DNA of 64,000 nucleotides, the filler included, from Barthelona sp. PAP020 (lineage: Eukaryota): assembly GCA_040182905.1 (NCBI GenBank). It is 18 parts of 18 records of this genome, joined end to end, with 100 filler letters (N's around TTAATTAATTAA, not from the genome) between each part and the next. Parts side by side here need not be neighbours in the genome. Positions count along the whole stretch, not along the records: positions 11,054 to 14,601 come from JARQWU010000732.1; positions 14,702 to 18,240 come from JARQWU010000733.1; positions 18,341 to 21,872 come from JARQWU010000734.1; positions 21,973 to 25,502 come from JARQWU010000735.1; 14 more parts are not named here. One strand, 5' to 3'. A model generated the notes under the pieces. It was given only the letters and a program-made list of their open reading frames with translations. It was not told where the DNA came from and made no database searches. The position numbers were made by a program, and so were the translations under genes. Each line of letters opens with the position of its first letter. Position 1 is the stretch's first letter. Of the stretch, positions 11,910-22,178 are shown piece after piece.

Positions 11910-12692
11910 CTATCTTCTCCAACGTTTGTTACATTCCTGACATTGATATGTGACAGTCATGGGTTCGTCGGCCGACCTTGTCTGTTTTTCCTCAAATCTG
12001 ACATTTCTACTTTTGCATCTGGGACAAGGTTCTTGGTCTGTTGTTGCCATGTTTGAAAATTCTCTGAACATAGAGTTTTCTTCAACTTTCTTTTTGATTG
12101 CTTCCAAAGATTTCTTTTCATCTTCAGTCAATAATTCTTTAACATCTTTGGTCACAATAAAGGCAGTAGTCAAATTACCTTTCAAAAAATCAACGACCAA
12201 AGGGATATTCTTTGGTAAGACATGTGCCAAACCTCTTGTTTGAATATTATACGCTTCACTGACAAATCCCCCATGAAATTCAAATAGATCTTTCTCTAAA
12301 GCCTTTATACATATGTTTAAATCTTCTTTTGAGAAAGTGTAGAATTTGGACAAATTTGTGTTAATTTTATTTGCTAAAAGTTGGATAAAAACTTCTCTTT
12401 GTGGTATATAGACATCAATTTCCGATAACAATGGAGGATATATTTCCAAAAGAGGCTTAGTATCTCTCAATTTGACTAAGATTTGTCTTGCTTGCATTAC
12501 AACAGAATTTTGCTTTTTATGTTTGGCTATTTGTAATAAATATTTTGAAATACCGATTGCTTTTGCAACTTCAAAAGTAATTTCACTCTCATCAATTTTT
12601 TCCAACAGTTCTTTCAGTTGTTCTGACTCACTTATATCATAATTTTGCAAATAAATTTTTAAATCTTCTTTTAATTCTTCAAATTGGTCCAT
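11910..12692 (-). CDS. TFIIS: Transcription elongation factor TFIIS
   Basis: C-terminal Zn ribbon CPRC...QTRSADEPMTVTYQCQECNKRW, with an N-terminal TFIIS-N-like domain. Confidence 0.93.
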   Translation of the reverse strand: MDQFEELKEDLKIYLQNYDISESEQLKELLEKIDESEITFEVAKAIGISKYLLQIAKHKKQNSVVMQARQILVKLRDTKPLLEIYPPLLSEIDVYIPQREVFIQLLANKINTNLSKFYTFSKEDLNICIKALEKDLFEFHGGFVSEAYNIQTRGLAHVLPKNIPLVVDFLKGNLTTAFIVTKDVKELLTEDEKKSLEAIKKKVEENSMFREFSNMATTDQEPCPRCKSRNVRFEEKQTRSADEPMTVTYQCQECNKRWRR

Positions 12693-12857
12693 TCACAAAT
12701 TTAATAAAAAAAACCCAAACAATGTTCAAAATTATATTCTCCAAAGCTTAATATAATTAATACAAACATAAATGCACAGCTGTCTTTATATTATCAGTGA
12801 TAGTTTTGGAATCAATTTTTTTGGAAAAACCCCTGCATCAAAAATACAGAATGCAAA

Positions 12858-13561
12858 ATGACAGAAACCATTGATGATCTGGTTCAAAAGATTCAAATAC
12901 TTGAACAAGAGTGTTATATAGCAGAACAACAATTGAACAATGATCAATTAACGATTGGAAAACAAGAAGAAGAAATAACAAATCGTAATTTTGTATTCAA
13001 TAATTTACTAACAAAACAGTTGAGCAATTACAATTAAAATGGAAACAAACCAAATTACAATTGAAAATGGAATTGCAAATGATAGAAAATCAAACAAATG
13101 ATTATCAACAAAAGAGAATGATAATAAATGATGAATTAATAAAATTAATGAAACAAAACCAATTAAAAGAATCCCATTATTGGAAATTATTGAAGAAACA
13201 AACGAATTATGAAATTGTAATGCAAAAAGAACAACAAAATATGGAACAAAAACAACTAAATTTACAAGATTTTATCGATAGTTTGGATAATTCACAAGAG
13301 TTATTCGATTTGAAAGAAATTTATGCAAATCACAATCAAAACAATTATGAAGAACAAATAAACAATTTGCAAATGACTTTGAATCAGTTAAATCAGCAGA
13401 TAAATACGCAAAAACAAATGAACATTACAAATCGATATGAACTTGAATTGATGCATGAAAATGACCAACTTTCTCAAATTCAACATAAACAAGAGGAATT
13501 AAAAGCGTTAAACAACACTATTCAAACTTTAACTAACAGTATTGCTTTGTTACAAAAATAG
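12858..13561 (+). CDS. Q/N-rich coiled-coil protein, two exons (intron 12985-13019)
   Basis: The ATG at 12858 is joined in frame to ORF 13061-13561 by removing the 35-nt gtaatt...TACTAAC-aaaacag intron. Confidence 0.75.
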
Positions 13562-13606
13562 TGACGAAATAAATTCATTTTTTCTCTCTCTTTTTCTTTC
13601 ATCCTC

Positions 13607-14383
13607 TTAGTGGGCAATTTTCCCACTGCTCTCAAACTCAGAAACAATGTGCTCTAAAGCGGATATTTTTGAAACCAATTTCCTATTCTTTTGTTCAAGT
13701 TCTTCATTCTTCTTATGTTGATCCTTAAACAACTGATAAAGCTCATCAAATAATGGCAAAAATTCTTCAAAACTCTTGTTAACATTCATTTTTTTGGCTT
13801 TTTCCTTCTTTTCTTCCACAATATCTGTTTGGTCTGGTTTATTCATACAGCTAATTTCCTCTGTACAATTTAAATTTGTTGAACTGTTGCCATCAAAAGT
13901 TTGAATCATTTTTATACAATTTTCTGTTGAAAAATTGGTTTTCATGCTATTGTATGCAATTTCAGATTTCAAGTTTTGTGCAGTATAATTTTCAGTTGAA
14001 TTCATACCTCTCTTATTTTTATATGAAGGCAACTTTGGGTTTGCTTTGGAAATTACTTCCTTTTGACTTGGTATAGATACTTTAATAGAGACAGGAAGCA
14101 TATCTAAAGCCCCTGCAGGTGGAGAATGACAAAAAGGATATCTCAATTCTTGGTATTCAAAAATTTGATTCAACAGTAATTTTGCGTGGGCATTTCGATT
14201 CTTTTTCCATTCAATTGAGATCATTGGTTGTGATAAAACTGTAATCCATTGTTTAACTCGAACTTTTTGAAGTTTATCAAGTAAATCAAAATTTGAACTA
14301 ATCGTATCCCTTAGTTCTGCAAAATTTGAATCTAATCGTTCAATAATCTTCATTTTGTTCATTTTCGTTGTATTAATAACCAT
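13607..14383 (-). CDS. DUF4485 (CEP112 N-terminal-like) domain protein with a C-terminal coiled coil
   Basis: RVKQWITVLSQP...WKKNRNAHAKLLL...PF..SPPAGAL resembles the DUF4485 pattern (recalled, not searched). Confidence 0.7.
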   Translation of the reverse strand: MVINTTKMNKMKIIERLDSNFAELRDTISSNFDLLDKLQKVRVKQWITVLSQPMISIEWKKNRNAHAKLLLNQIFEYQELRYPFCHSPPAGALDMLPVSIKVSIPSQKEVISKANPKLPSYKNKRGMNSTENYTAQNLKSEIAYNSMKTNFSTENCIKMIQTFDGNSSTNLNCTEEISCMNKPDQTDIVEEKKEKAKKMNVNKSFEEFLPLFDELYQLFKDQHKKNEELEQKNRKLVSKISALEHIVSEFESSGKIAH

Positions 14384-14508
14384 TCTGAAGTTGAAAGAAT
14401 ATGTAAAAACTCATTCGAATTTCAATATTGGACCACATTCAATAGTTTTTCAAACAAATTACAACCAAAACAAACAATAAAACTACAACATTTATAAAAC
14501 ATAAAAAT

Positions 14509-14601
14509 TTACTCTAACAGATGAACTCCATGGAATTTTCTCTTCAATTCAATAATATCTGTCATTTCAATACCTTCATTTGTGATAATGGCTAATATTA
14601 T
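14509..14601 (-). CDS. 3' fragment, possibly a proteasome beta subunit C-terminus
   Basis: IILAIITNEGIEMTDIIELKRKFHGVHLLE*. The identity is a guess. Confidence 0.3.
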   Translation of the reverse strand: MILAIITNEGIEMTDIIELKRKFHGVHLLE

Positions 14602-14701
14602 NNNNNNNNNNNNNNNNNNNNNNNNNNNNNNNNNNNNNNNNNNNNTTAATTAATTAANNNNNNNNNNNNNNNNNNNNNNNNNNNNNNNNNNNNNNNNNNN
14701 N

Positions 14702-14799
14702 AATTCCAATTCAACACCATTCCAAGCTTCAACAAGAGCTTTCATAGATTCCATAGTGCCATTGCACTTCCAATTTCCACCAACAAAAGTGTGACGCAT
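14702..14799 (-). CDS. TPI: Triosephosphate isomerase, 5' partial
   Basis: MRHTFVGGNWKCNGT, the classic TIM N-terminus. It is missing from the ORF track. Confidence 0.93.
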
Positions 14800-15070
14800 T
14801 TTTTGATTGTAAAAAAAAAGATTTTTCAAGAATTTGACTCTACATGTTTATGTTATTTTTGCATGAATCTTTGTTTACAAAAATTGACCTCAAATCTGAT
14901 TTTCTGATGATCAATCAATAATAAACCTTAACCTTTACTTAAATCAATTGATGGGCTTAATTAGCAAATTAACAAATGAAGTTCAAACAGTTTTTTGTTG
15001 TTTGAAACACATTTCAAGCAATACAGACAAATAGTGAAAATAAACAATAAGAAATTTCTCACTCCACCAA

Positions 15071-16960
15071 TCAAGATTCTAACACTTCTTCTTCAAAAGA
15101 ATCAAAACCAATACCTGCTAAAGATTCGTTTAAAGGTTCTTCAAAAATAGGCTCCTTTTTAATTTCTATTTCAAATTCATCATTTTGTTTCTGAACTAAA
15201 CTTTGCTCATATAAATCTTCAGCTTTTGTTTGAAAGTCACTTCCATACATAATGAAATTTGAAAGACTTGTAATTTCTGAATAAATCAAAGAGGTATTAC
15301 GAAAATATTCCACATTAATAGCTCTATTTAAAGACCAACCAAGCTCAATCAAGCAATGTAAATCTTCGATCTTGTGATTTCTGGCTTTTGGATAAGATAA
15401 AACAAAAGCACCAAAAATAGGAGGCGAGATCTTTATTTCAAAACCAGGCCATGGAATATTAATCTCAAAAAAATCTCTCAAATAATGAAGATGAAGAGAG
15501 GCCAAAGATTCAGTATGGAGAATTTCCTCGACAAAAGAAAATTTATCAAAAGCTAAACTAGTACACAAACGAATCAAAGGGTTTTCTGCCAAAAAATACT
15601 CAAAATAATCTCTAATTGCCGTCAAAGAATAATACTGACAATTCAAATACTCCAATATCTTTGAAAACACAATGCTGAAAATTTTGCCCAAATTTTTATG
15701 AGGAATGATGTGAGAATTTGCAAATAACAAAAATGCCAATTCAATAGAACAGCTATCTTCAAAAATTAGAACATCTTTACAAAGAGTAACATAAGTAAGT
15801 GCAGTTTCATGGTCATAATAGCATAGACCTTGTAAAGGCAATTGTTTAAAATGTTCTTTAATCTTAACCATCTCATAATAACTAAAGTGAGCCAATTCAA
15901 AGCTCAGTAAATCAAATGTCTCATAAACAACATCGATTTCCAGTGTAATCATGGCTGATACACCAATACATTTTAGCAGCAGCAAAAAATCTTTCTGACA
16001 TAACTTGTGATCTTCTTCAATAAAAACAAAATCCAGCTTAAAAGCACTTAATGCTTCAAGCATGGAAAAGCCTTGATCAACTAGCTTTCCTAACATCATC
16101 AATATAAACACTCTCTCTTGAATATAATACGATAACTTCAACTCTTCATATATATTACAATAATTGTAGATTGAAATCCTGTCGAAAATATTCAATACAC
16201 TCCTTCTTGTGCATAAACCCTGCATATAATTTTTATGCCATATGAGAAGTTGGTTTACAACAAAACTGCTGTCTGAAAAAGCTAAATTGTCTAAATCTCG
16301 ATAATCAGGTATAATTAATTCTTTATAATCAATAAGTGGATGATCATTAAGTGGAACCTCGTGTGAATGATGAAAAATTCGTTCTATTTCTAGCAATATA
16401 TTAAAAGCCACAAAATCATCTTTCAACTCAAAGAATCTCTTAAAACATTTTATTTCATTGGCGTGAAACAAATGTAAATCTAAACTCCATAAGTTAAGTG
16501 GTATTATAACATTATCTGGATCAATATGTTCACATAATTCATAAATTTGTTGCATTATCGTTATTTCAGTCCAGAACGATGGTGAAACATAATAATGATA
16601 CTCGTTTGTGTGATGTAACAATTTAAATACTAATTCTGTGAGATCTTGGGGTAATTTCAAAAAGGCATGATTGAAAATCCATTTATCTGGATGATCGAAT
16701 TTTATATCTGGAAATAGAAAATTAACCAATTCCCATGGTGAGGGAATCTCTTCAAAACCTAATTTGGAAAGACCTTTAATTAATGATATATCAAAATTGG
16801 ATAAACTTCTATCACATTTTTCACAAAAATTCGCTCCTAAAAAAGATTCATCCTTATTTTCGGTTAAAGAATATGATAATAAAGATGTGTGACATATTCT
16901 ACAATTCTTTCCAATTTCGTGTCTTCTTTCAAAATATAATGGCTTCAAATGAATTGACAT
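15071..16960 (-). CDS. Hypothetical protein (~630 aa) with two N-terminal CxxC pairs
   Basis: Long ORF containing CRIC...CEKC. No recognised family. Confidence 0.7.
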   Translation of the reverse strand: MSIHLKPLYFERRHEIGKNCRICHTSLLSYSLTENKDESFLGANFCEKCDRSLSNFDISLIKGLSKLGFEEIPSPWELVNFLFPDIKFDHPDKWIFNHAFLKLPQDLTELVFKLLHHTNEYHYYVSPSFWTEITIMQQIYELCEHIDPDNVIIPLNLWSLDLHLFHANEIKCFKRFFELKDDFVAFNILLEIERIFHHSHEVPLNDHPLIDYKELIIPDYRDLDNLAFSDSSFVVNQLLIWHKNYMQGLCTRRSVLNIFDRISIYNYCNIYEELKLSYYIQERVFILMMLGKLVDQGFSMLEALSAFKLDFVFIEEDHKLCQKDFLLLLKCIGVSAMITLEIDVVYETFDLLSFELAHFSYYEMVKIKEHFKQLPLQGLCYYDHETALTYVTLCKDVLIFEDSCSIELAFLLFANSHIIPHKNLGKIFSIVFSKILEYLNCQYYSLTAIRDYFEYFLAENPLIRLCTSLAFDKFSFVEEILHTESLASLHLHYLRDFFEINIPWPGFEIKISPPIFGAFVLSYPKARNHKIEDLHCLIELGWSLNRAINVEYFRNTSLIYSEITSLSNFIMYGSDFQTKAEDLYEQSLVQKQNDEFEIEIKKEPIFEEPLNESLAGIGFDSFEEEVLES

Positions 16961-17078
16961 AATAAAATTCACTAATTGTTGATTCGAAAATATCTACTAA
17001 CTTTGCTAATTTTTACTAATTAATGATAACTAAACCTTAATCATTTTACTAATTATTATAAATCACCAACCACAAATT

Positions 17079-17381
17079 ATGAGTAATAACACACTATCTA
17101 ATATTGAAACAAATATGCAAATTGAATTAGATGATAATTTTAATGATTCAGCTTCTGATTCTGATGAATCTATCTCAAATTATGATGCTTCTACAAAAAC
17201 AGAACTCATAATGGACATAATGAATCTTCAAAACAATTTATCTGGAATTGAAAAACAATTAATTCAATTGAAGAAAGATAAAACTGAAAAAGAAGAAATT
17301 GTACATGAATTAAAGTATCAAATCAAACACTTACGCTCGGGTGCTCCAGCCAGTATCATAATGAAACCAAAAAAACAGTAA
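17079..17381 (+). CDS. Short coiled-coil protein (SCOC/DUF2205-like)
   Basis: Acidic N-terminus followed by KTELIMDIMNLQNNL...LKYQIKHL heptads. Confidence 0.55.
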   Translation: MSNNTLSNIETNMQIELDDNFNDSASDSDESISNYDASTKTELIMDIMNLQNNLSGIEKQLIQLKKDKTEKEEIVHELKYQIKHLRSGAPASIIMKPKKQ

Positions 17382-17447
17382 ATCTCTTTTTTGAGAATGT
17401 TCATTCCTAAATTATAAAAAAATTATGTTTTATCTTTTTATTGGAAA

Positions 17448-18240
17448 TTATTGGTCCTTGAGAAAAATTTCAGGAAATTTTTCCAAGGCAGATTTCAATG
17501 GACCACAAGCAGCAGGTCCTAACGCACAAACTGTAGTTCCAGGGATTGTGTCAACCCAGTTCTTCAATTCAGCAAAATCTTCAAAAGTGGCCTCTTTTGC
17601 CTCAAATTTTTCCAAAATATTCAACATTCTATTAACCCCATTTCTACATGGCCCACACTGACCACAACTTTCATGAGCATAAAATTTTAAGTGTTTTACA
17701 AGATATTTCAAAATATCATCTTCAGTAGAATAAATGATAAGTCCACCAGTTCCCATTTCAGTACCCAGATCTTTCAAAGGCTCATAATCCATCACAACAT
17801 CAAGTGCTTCAGCAGCAGTTAAAAAAGGAGTTGATGCCCCACCAGGTTGAACAGCTAATAATTCTCCTCTACTCACACCCTTGGCGTAATGGTCAATTAA
17901 AGTGCTTAATTTAACACCCAATCTCTCTTCAACTGTAACAGGTCTGTTCACAGCACCACTAATGGTGAATATTTTTGTTCTAGCAGATCCTCCTTTCATT
18001 ATGTGAGGAATAGTCGCAATAGTTTCAACATTATTTACTGTTGTAGGGCAACCATAAAGACCAGCCTGGGCAGGATATGGAGGTTTTAAACGTGGCCTTC
18101 CAGGCTTACCTTCCAAAGATTCAAGTAAAGCAGTTTCTTCCCCACACACATAAGCACCAGCACCTGGATGAACAACAATATCAAAATTCCAACCTGTTCC
18201 AGCAGCATTTGGTCCTAGAAGTCCAGCTTTACGTGCTTCA
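17448..18240 (-). CDS. nuoF: NADH dehydrogenase 51-kDa subunit (NuoF/NDUFV1-like), 3' partial
   Basis: GAGAYVCGEETALLESLEG and PTTVNNVET, plus the FeS motif HESCGQCGPCR...TVCALG. Confidence 0.95.
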
Positions 18241-18340
18241 NNNNNNNNNNNNNNNNNNNNNNNNNNNNNNNNNNNNNNNNNNNNTTAATTAATTAANNNN
18301 NNNNNNNNNNNNNNNNNNNNNNNNNNNNNNNNNNNNNNNN

Positions 18341-18442
18341 GTTATTAATAAATGTTGGGATTTGGTTGACATTAATAAAAGGAATGGTGGCAATATGCAT
18401 CAATACATTGATGAAAATGCTGATGAAAGTGATGATGATTAA
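18341..18442 (+). CDS. 3' fragment of an NGGN-box family gene
   Basis: VINKCWDLVDINKRNGGNMHQYIDENADESDDD*, near-identical to the C-termini at 19161 and 44565. Confidence 0.85.
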   Translation, partial: VINKCWDLVDINKRNGGNMHQYIDENADESDDD

Positions 18443-19160
18443 GTTTAACCAAGTAAATTTTTGAGGAACACGTTTCTTTTTGGTTATTGTAAATTTCTTT
18501 TTCTTGCCAATCTTGTGCAATTAGTCGCTTTATCACCGCTTTAACGATATAACCAAAGAGTTACTGTGGAGAAAGAATATTTGGAAGGTCTTTGTCCAAT
18601 TCGAAGCTTTTGCTTATAATTATCACAAATAATAGCTTTTGTGTAGATTTCACCAAAAAATTCTGAACATCTTATGTCCAACTCTTAGGTATGGGAGGTG
18701 TGGGGGTTATAGAGGGTTGTGGTTGATATGTTCACGTGGCTTAATCCTTCTCTTCCAAATATTTGCAAGACAATAATAGTAAACACACTTAAAAATGTTT
18801 AATGCGTTGGAATTGGAGATCAACGTTACTTTTGACTCTTTTAAAGTGTTCATTTCATGCTTATTGAGTGAATTAAAACATATAGATATGGAAGCAAGAA
18901 TAAACCATTGAACATGTTTATATTGTCTTTTGAGACACCCGCCTACTTGGCTACTCATTATTTATAAAGAAACTTTTGCTTTGTTAAGGATAAAAACTGT
19001 TTTTTTTTTTAAGTAAAGCAGAATGATTTCACTCAAAAACAATTTAAAATTCATCTGATTTTAGGTTGAATTTCTGTTATCAAGGGTATCGCAATGTAGG
19101 TCTCAATAATAATATGAAACTCTGAATCGTGAGATTTGCAAATTATTTCATAAAATCAAA

Positions 19161-20429
19161 TTATCTGTTCCACAAATCATCATCATCATCATCATCATCA
19201 CTCTGGTCAGTTTTCTGGAGATGAAAATATTGATGCATGTTACCACCATTCCTTTCGTTGACATCAACTAAATCCCAGCATGTATTAAGGATTTGTGCGA
19301 ATTCAATTTGATTCATATGAATACCTTTGGCAACCAACATTCGCAAGATATTTGGAACAACTTTTGCACCGATAAGATTCGATAACACACATCCACCATC
19401 CTTTGATAATTCAATAAGTTTGGTTTGACATGTGAGATCCAAAGAACCCTCAATTGAATATACTCTAATTTTTTCATAACAACGACTGCATGCCAATTTC
19501 CTTCTATCGGGAGAATATGCAAGAGAACAATATGTATCGTTACCACTACTTCTCCCACAACCACAGAAAATCTTTTGAATCTCCTGATAATTGTCCATAT
19601 TGAACGAAGTAAGATATCCATCATTTGACATGACACACAATGTAGAATATGATACAAATTGAAGAGTAGTAACAACAGCATTCAAAATAAATGTGTGAAC
19701 AAGTGCTTTATCTTCTAAATTCCAAATTTTAACATGTCCTGAATGAAAAGCAACTGCAATATGTCTATTAAACTCTTGTATATCAATAGCTCTTACATTC
19801 TCACCATAGTAACTGGTATATTCATTTGTATTGAATGAATGAATGATTGACAAGTCCTCATAATCAATTAAATTAACAATACCATCTTCACTGCCAGTTA
19901 TGAAATATTTCCCATTTGGTGAATTTTTGAGTCTCCAAACATGCTTTTGATGATTTTGTTTCTGAAGAATAACTTCACCACGACTGATATCCCATTTTTT
20001 GATATTTCCATTATAATCACCAGAATACAAAAAATTGTCACAATGCGAAAAGATAATTCCATACACCGATGTGTCATTTCTCAAAGTGTGCACGATGGAG
20101 AAGTTTTCAACATCATATATTTTGATAAAAAAATCATTAGAACCAGTTGCAAACCATTTTCCATCTGATGAAAAACAAACACAGCACACATAATTTGAAT
20201 GATCTGTTAAAGTGCAAACCAATCTTTTTGCTTCCATATCAATTACATACACTTCTTCTTTACTAGTAGCAACTAAAAATTCACCATTTGGAGAAAAAAA
20301 ACTGTCATAAATGCATCCAATTGATGGTAAATCAATTTCAATGTCAAACATTTTTTCTTCATCAATGTTGTAAGTAACAGAATTAAAAACAGTTTCTTGT
20401 ATTGATTCTGAATTTGAACTGGTAGACAT
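19161..20429 (-). CDS. WD40-repeat protein with a C-terminal NGGN box
   Basis: About 7 WD repeats (DHSNYVCCVCFSSDGKWFATGS...), then CWDLVDVNERNGGNMHQY and an acidic tail. Confidence 0.88.
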   Translation of the reverse strand: MSTSSNSESIQETVFNSVTYNIDEEKMFDIEIDLPSIGCIYDSFFSPNGEFLVATSKEEVYVIDMEAKRLVCTLTDHSNYVCCVCFSSDGKWFATGSNDFFIKIYDVENFSIVHTLRNDTSVYGIIFSHCDNFLYSGDYNGNIKKWDISRGEVILQKQNHQKHVWRLKNSPNGKYFITGSEDGIVNLIDYEDLSIIHSFNTNEYTSYYGENVRAIDIQEFNRHIAVAFHSGHVKIWNLEDKALVHTFILNAVVTTLQFVSYSTLCVMSNDGYLTSFNMDNYQEIQKIFCGCGRSSGNDTYCSLAYSPDRRKLACSRCYEKIRVYSIEGSLDLTCQTKLIELSKDGGCVLSNLIGAKVVPNILRMLVAKGIHMNQIEFAQILNTCWDLVDVNERNGGNMHQYFHLQKTDQSDDDDDDDDLWNR

Positions 20430-20467
20430 AGGTCAGTTATGAAAAAACTTTTATAAAAAAAAAATGA

Positions 20468-20870
20468 ATCGAAATTTTCCGATTCTTCCTTTTTCCCTCG
20501 AGGTACGGAACTTTTCCTTAACCTATCCCCAAATTTTTGACCTGCCACGGTGAATGCATGAAAACTTGCACAATTAGGATAAATTCTTACAAAATATCGG
20601 AGCGTTAAGCTCTTTTGAGCAATTAGTAATGCAATATTTCACACCCTACATGGGGCATAGCTCCTACGAAAGCCTTTGAAAGAGTAGGTCTCAAAAAAGA
20701 GAGGTTCCTTTCAGCAACGCTGGACCCCCTGAAAAGAATGAAGATTAAGGTTTATAATTTATTGGTCAACTGAGATTCCCAGTCTCTGATTTGGGTAAGT
20801 TCAGGAAAAGATTCGTACAGGAAGAAAAATAGAAAGAAATTATCGATATTTAAATGCTTAATGTTACAAA
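20468..20870 (+). repeat. Dispersed repeat family A, copy 2 (~400 bp)
   Basis: Colinear with the reverse complement of 56803-57215, and with 2866-3110. Confidence 0.9.
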
Positions 20871-21156
20871 CACCAATTCCACACAATAAACAGAAAAAAT
20901 AGCCTTAATTCAACACCATAACCCCTTAATCACCCGAATAGGTTGTATAGCTTATAGTTTGGATGTATTAAAGAAAGAAGAGTTCAACCAAATCTGAAAC
21001 CAAAACAACTGCACCCAATGAATATTTGTCAACATCGTTCATTGACATGAGGTGAATACTTACAATTTGAATTTTGGAAAAATTTTGGAATTTTCCAGTC
21101 AATCGTCAATTTCCATTTTCCATTTCCATTTATTTCTTTTTTTTTGTTAGTTTGTT

Positions 21157-21872
21157 ATGTCTGTTGAATTAAGTGCTGAAATAGGAGAGTTTATACGTGG
21201 TTTATTTCCTCTAAAAATTGATGAAGATGGTGGAGGTGAAATTGAAAGTGTGATTTCTAATTATTCGTGGGACAGTAAATACTTGCCAAATGGTAAACAA
21301 TTGGTTGTTGGTAGTAATAAAGCTGTTTATATTATTGATGTAGCAACTGGAATATTGAATCGTACATTGAAAGACCATACAGACTATGTTTATGGTATTG
21401 CCATTTCACCAAATAGGCAGAAGTTGGCAACATGTTCCCAAGATAAGTCTATCATTGTATACAGCCTTCCAGATTTCTCCATCTTGTGTAGATTGAATTG
21501 TAGAGAATTTCGAATGATTTTATTTGGAGAGTGAAACTATCAACAGATGGTAAATATCTTTTGACTGGAGCTGGTGATGGTATTGCCAAGTTGGTTGACC
21601 CAGATGATTTCTCTGTTGTTCGTACATTCAGTCAAGATGGCGAAATTAGAACTATTGATTTCCACCCAACTGAAAGAATGATTGCTGTTGGTGACGAATC
21701 GAACGAAGTCAAACTCTGGGACATGGAGGACGGATCACTCATTCATACATTTAATATGGGTGGTGAAGTATGGTGTCTTCATTTCTTATCACCCGATATC
21801 CTGCTTATTATGTCTGGTGATGGCTATATTACCTCATTCAATGTTGAAACCTATCAGCAAATTCAAAAGGTA
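21157..21872 (+). pseudogene. WD40 (NGGN-box family) paralog, frameshifted near 21500-21530 and 3' truncated
   Basis: Two overlapping ORFs. LLIMSGDGYITSFNVETYQQIQKV matches the paralogs, and one WD blade is missing at the frame switch. Confidence 0.65.
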
Positions 21873-21972
21873 NNNNNNNNNNNNNNNNNNNNNNNNNNNN
21901 NNNNNNNNNNNNNNNNTTAATTAATTAANNNNNNNNNNNNNNNNNNNNNNNNNNNNNNNNNNNNNNNNNNNN

Positions 21973-22178
21973 AAGATGGTTCATTGATCTATTCTGGTTC
22001 TAATGACAAATCATTTGCTGTGATTCGAAGAGAAACAGGTCAAGTGTTGCAGAAAGTGAAAGTACCTTTTGGGATTTCTATTATAGCCCTCAACCATGAT
22101 GGAACTCGTTTGTTGTGTAGTGGTGACGATTATCCAAATAATGCCCCAATCCAAGAATTCATAGCTTCAGACCTGTAA
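21973..22178 (+). CDS. 3' end of the kinase-WD40 gene (continuation of 23413-25502)
   Basis: 21973-22063 is identical to 25412-25502 and continues PFGISIIALNHDGTRLLCSGDD...ASDL*. Confidence 0.85.

Noticed and set aside
20528..20545. Sm-site-like AATTTTTGA in repeat family A
   Set aside because: The motif is expected by chance in AT-rich DNA and no other snRNA hallmark is present.
21486..21505. 20-nt GT-AG intron that could repair the WD40 frameshift
   Set aside because: It is much shorter than the five supported introns, has no branch motif, and a WD blade would still be missing.
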